From contig JBHGNT010000013.1 in the NCBI GenBank assembly GCA_043228905.1, positions 3,472,001-3,536,000 of the forward strand: DNA of 64,000 nucleotides. Reading direction: 5' to 3'. A program made the translations under genes and the position numbers. The stretch comes from Azolla caroliniana (Eukaryota > Plantae > Polypodiophyta). This document shows, piece by piece, positions 62,510 through 64,000 of the stretch. The notes under the pieces are model-generated. The model was not told the DNA's origin and did no database searches. It saw nothing but the letters and a program-made list of their open reading frames with translations. Numbering within the stretch: position 1 is the first letter of the stretch; each line of letters begins with the position of its first letter.

Positions 62510-64000
62510 AGGCTGGACCGGTTTTCTCCGTCCCAACTCAATTTGGCGCATGCCGGTGGATGCGCGGTTAGGTGGGGGCGGATGTCGTGAAGAAAACCGT
62601 CCACAAGTAGAATCGGTGCACCGGAGCGTAGGAACCGGCTCTTCATACACGTACGCCTTATGTTGTACATAGAAGATCCTAGGTAGGTAGATTCGGTAGG
62701 TAGGAAGTTAATGGGAAACGGCTCCTTCCTTGCCTATAAAAGGAGGGAGACGAGGAGGGGAGAGGGGATCGCGGAATCAGAGAGGACGAAGTGCTGTCGG
62801 GTTGTCGGCCGAAGGCTTCTCTCTCTTCCAAACTCCATAGCTTCTTTCTGTGCAGGTTTCGGGAGGCTCGCGTTGCTCGGAGGAATGCCCGAGTGCTTCC
62901 GGCAACACCTCCAACCTACTCCTTTCTTTCTGTGCGTTTACGAACAGGCATCGGCATTTGTTTGCCGGCCTGTTCGGTTGTAACCGACTTCGTGCTTCTT
63001 GTTGTTTGTCTCTGTTAATATATACATACATACCTTCGTGTCTCTCTGCGTCGTGTCCCACTCGCGTCTTTGTGTCGAAGGGCCGTGTCCCTGTGAATCT
63101 ACGCCCACTCGTAGTGGGTCCCTTCCCTTCTCCTTTGTCTCTTGCTCTTCGGTACAAGACCCCCGAGGCCCCGCCTCATTCCACGCATCCGCGAGGAATA
63201 CCTCAACAACGTGTTGAGAGTTATGGTGACTTAACTCTTCACGACTTGTCTATGCATTGTAAGAATTTATATGAGTTATCTCTTGCCGGAAAGATGATGT
63301 GTTATGGTTCTCTTTCACATATGCCTCCCTTCTTTACAATTGAAGATATATGCATAGGACTTAAGAAATTGGCCTCTCGTAAGGCAATCAATCTTCAATG
63401 TATAAAGGCTGAAATGCTCAAATGGACAGGAAAGGAAGCACATATATGGATAAACGATATGTTTAATGATGCATTGCAACATGGTATGCCGTACGATTGG
63501 ACTACAAATTGGATCAAACCTTTACATAAAGGTAGAGATATAAATAATGTAAAAAACTATTGAACCATCATGGTTGGCTCATTAATGGCAAAACTATTTG
63601 GATGTATAATGGAATCAAAGATAAGTGTATGGGCTGAAAAAAGTGGTAAGAGAGCTTATGGACAAGCTGGCTTTCGGAAACACCATATCACCATTGATCA
63701 CCTTATCACCCCTCGAGTATTAATGGAGGAAAGTCGCCTTAGAGGTAAAGGTTTATATTGTTGCTTTGTAGACTTCAAGAAAGCTTTTGATATGGTACCT
63801 TGTGAGCATCTTTGGAGGCGAATGGAAGAACTTGAGGTGCCAAGTGAATATATGCTTGCAATTTCCTGAATTTATGAGAAGGTTATATGTCGCATGAGAG
63901 ATAAACTTTCAGATTTTTTCAAAAGCACTATTGGTGTTAAGCAAGGATGCCCACTCTCACCAACACTATTTGTTCTATGCATTGATGAATTGGAAGAAAT

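Larger units (their letters stand above)
56217..63208 (+). mobile_element. Near-complete Ty3/gypsy LTR retrotransposon B (non-chromovirus, Trp-PBS)
   Basis: 626-bp LTRs 56217-56842 and 62583-63208 with about 13 differences by eye. TSD ACGT. PBS 56846-56863. PPT 62570-62582. Confidence 0.97.
54911..64000 (+). pseudogene. LINE ORF2 (APE endonuclease plus RT), RTE/RTEX-like; interrupted by gypsy 56217-63208 and running off the window
   Basis: WNCNG, VETW, GGVA, GDMNAR, SVIDY and DHRPL. After the insertion: QAGFR, CFVDFKKAFD and GVKQGCPLSPTLF. Confidence 0.88.

Noticed and set aside
57041-62670. Numerous antisense and alternate-frame ORFs within GC-rich gypsy B
   Set aside because: These are expected shadow ORFs of GC-rich coding sequence with no independent signatures.

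Overview
This is eukaryotic plant nuclear DNA. The PLS-PPR style and retroelement lineages suggest a fern or other seed-free vascular plant (inference). About 80% is nested transposable elements. These are: Ty3/gypsy relatives with a tRNA-Trp PBS (1-9997 minus; 19824-32932 minus, non-autonomous; 56217-63208 plus, near-complete); two full-length Ty1/copia elements (12688-18220 minus; 27202-32669 plus); a rearranged self-priming Tcn1/Tf1-like element (33639-36432); an L1 LINE split by insertions (19388-37860); and an RTEX-like LINE (about 53570-64000). Host genes are a 7-exon double stress-responsive A/B-barrel gene (38797-41404, minus) and an intronless PLS-class PPR gene (45869-49051). The most striking object is a 5.2-kb ORF-less insertion (4671-9855). 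It carries two minimal type I hammerhead ribozymes, C-rich telomere-like repeats, 470-bp direct repeats starting just after the predicted cleavage site, and a tail-out inverted copy. This is the architecture of a non-autonomous Penelope-like, ribozyme-processed retroelement. Also notable are a conserved -1 frameshift heptamer plus pseudoknot between protease and RT in two gypsy elements, a genomic fossil of self-primed strong-stop DNA, and tRNA-like A/B-box modules antisense at the 5' ends of several unrelated TEs. Coordinates and alignments were read by eye; no database searches or folding computations were run.
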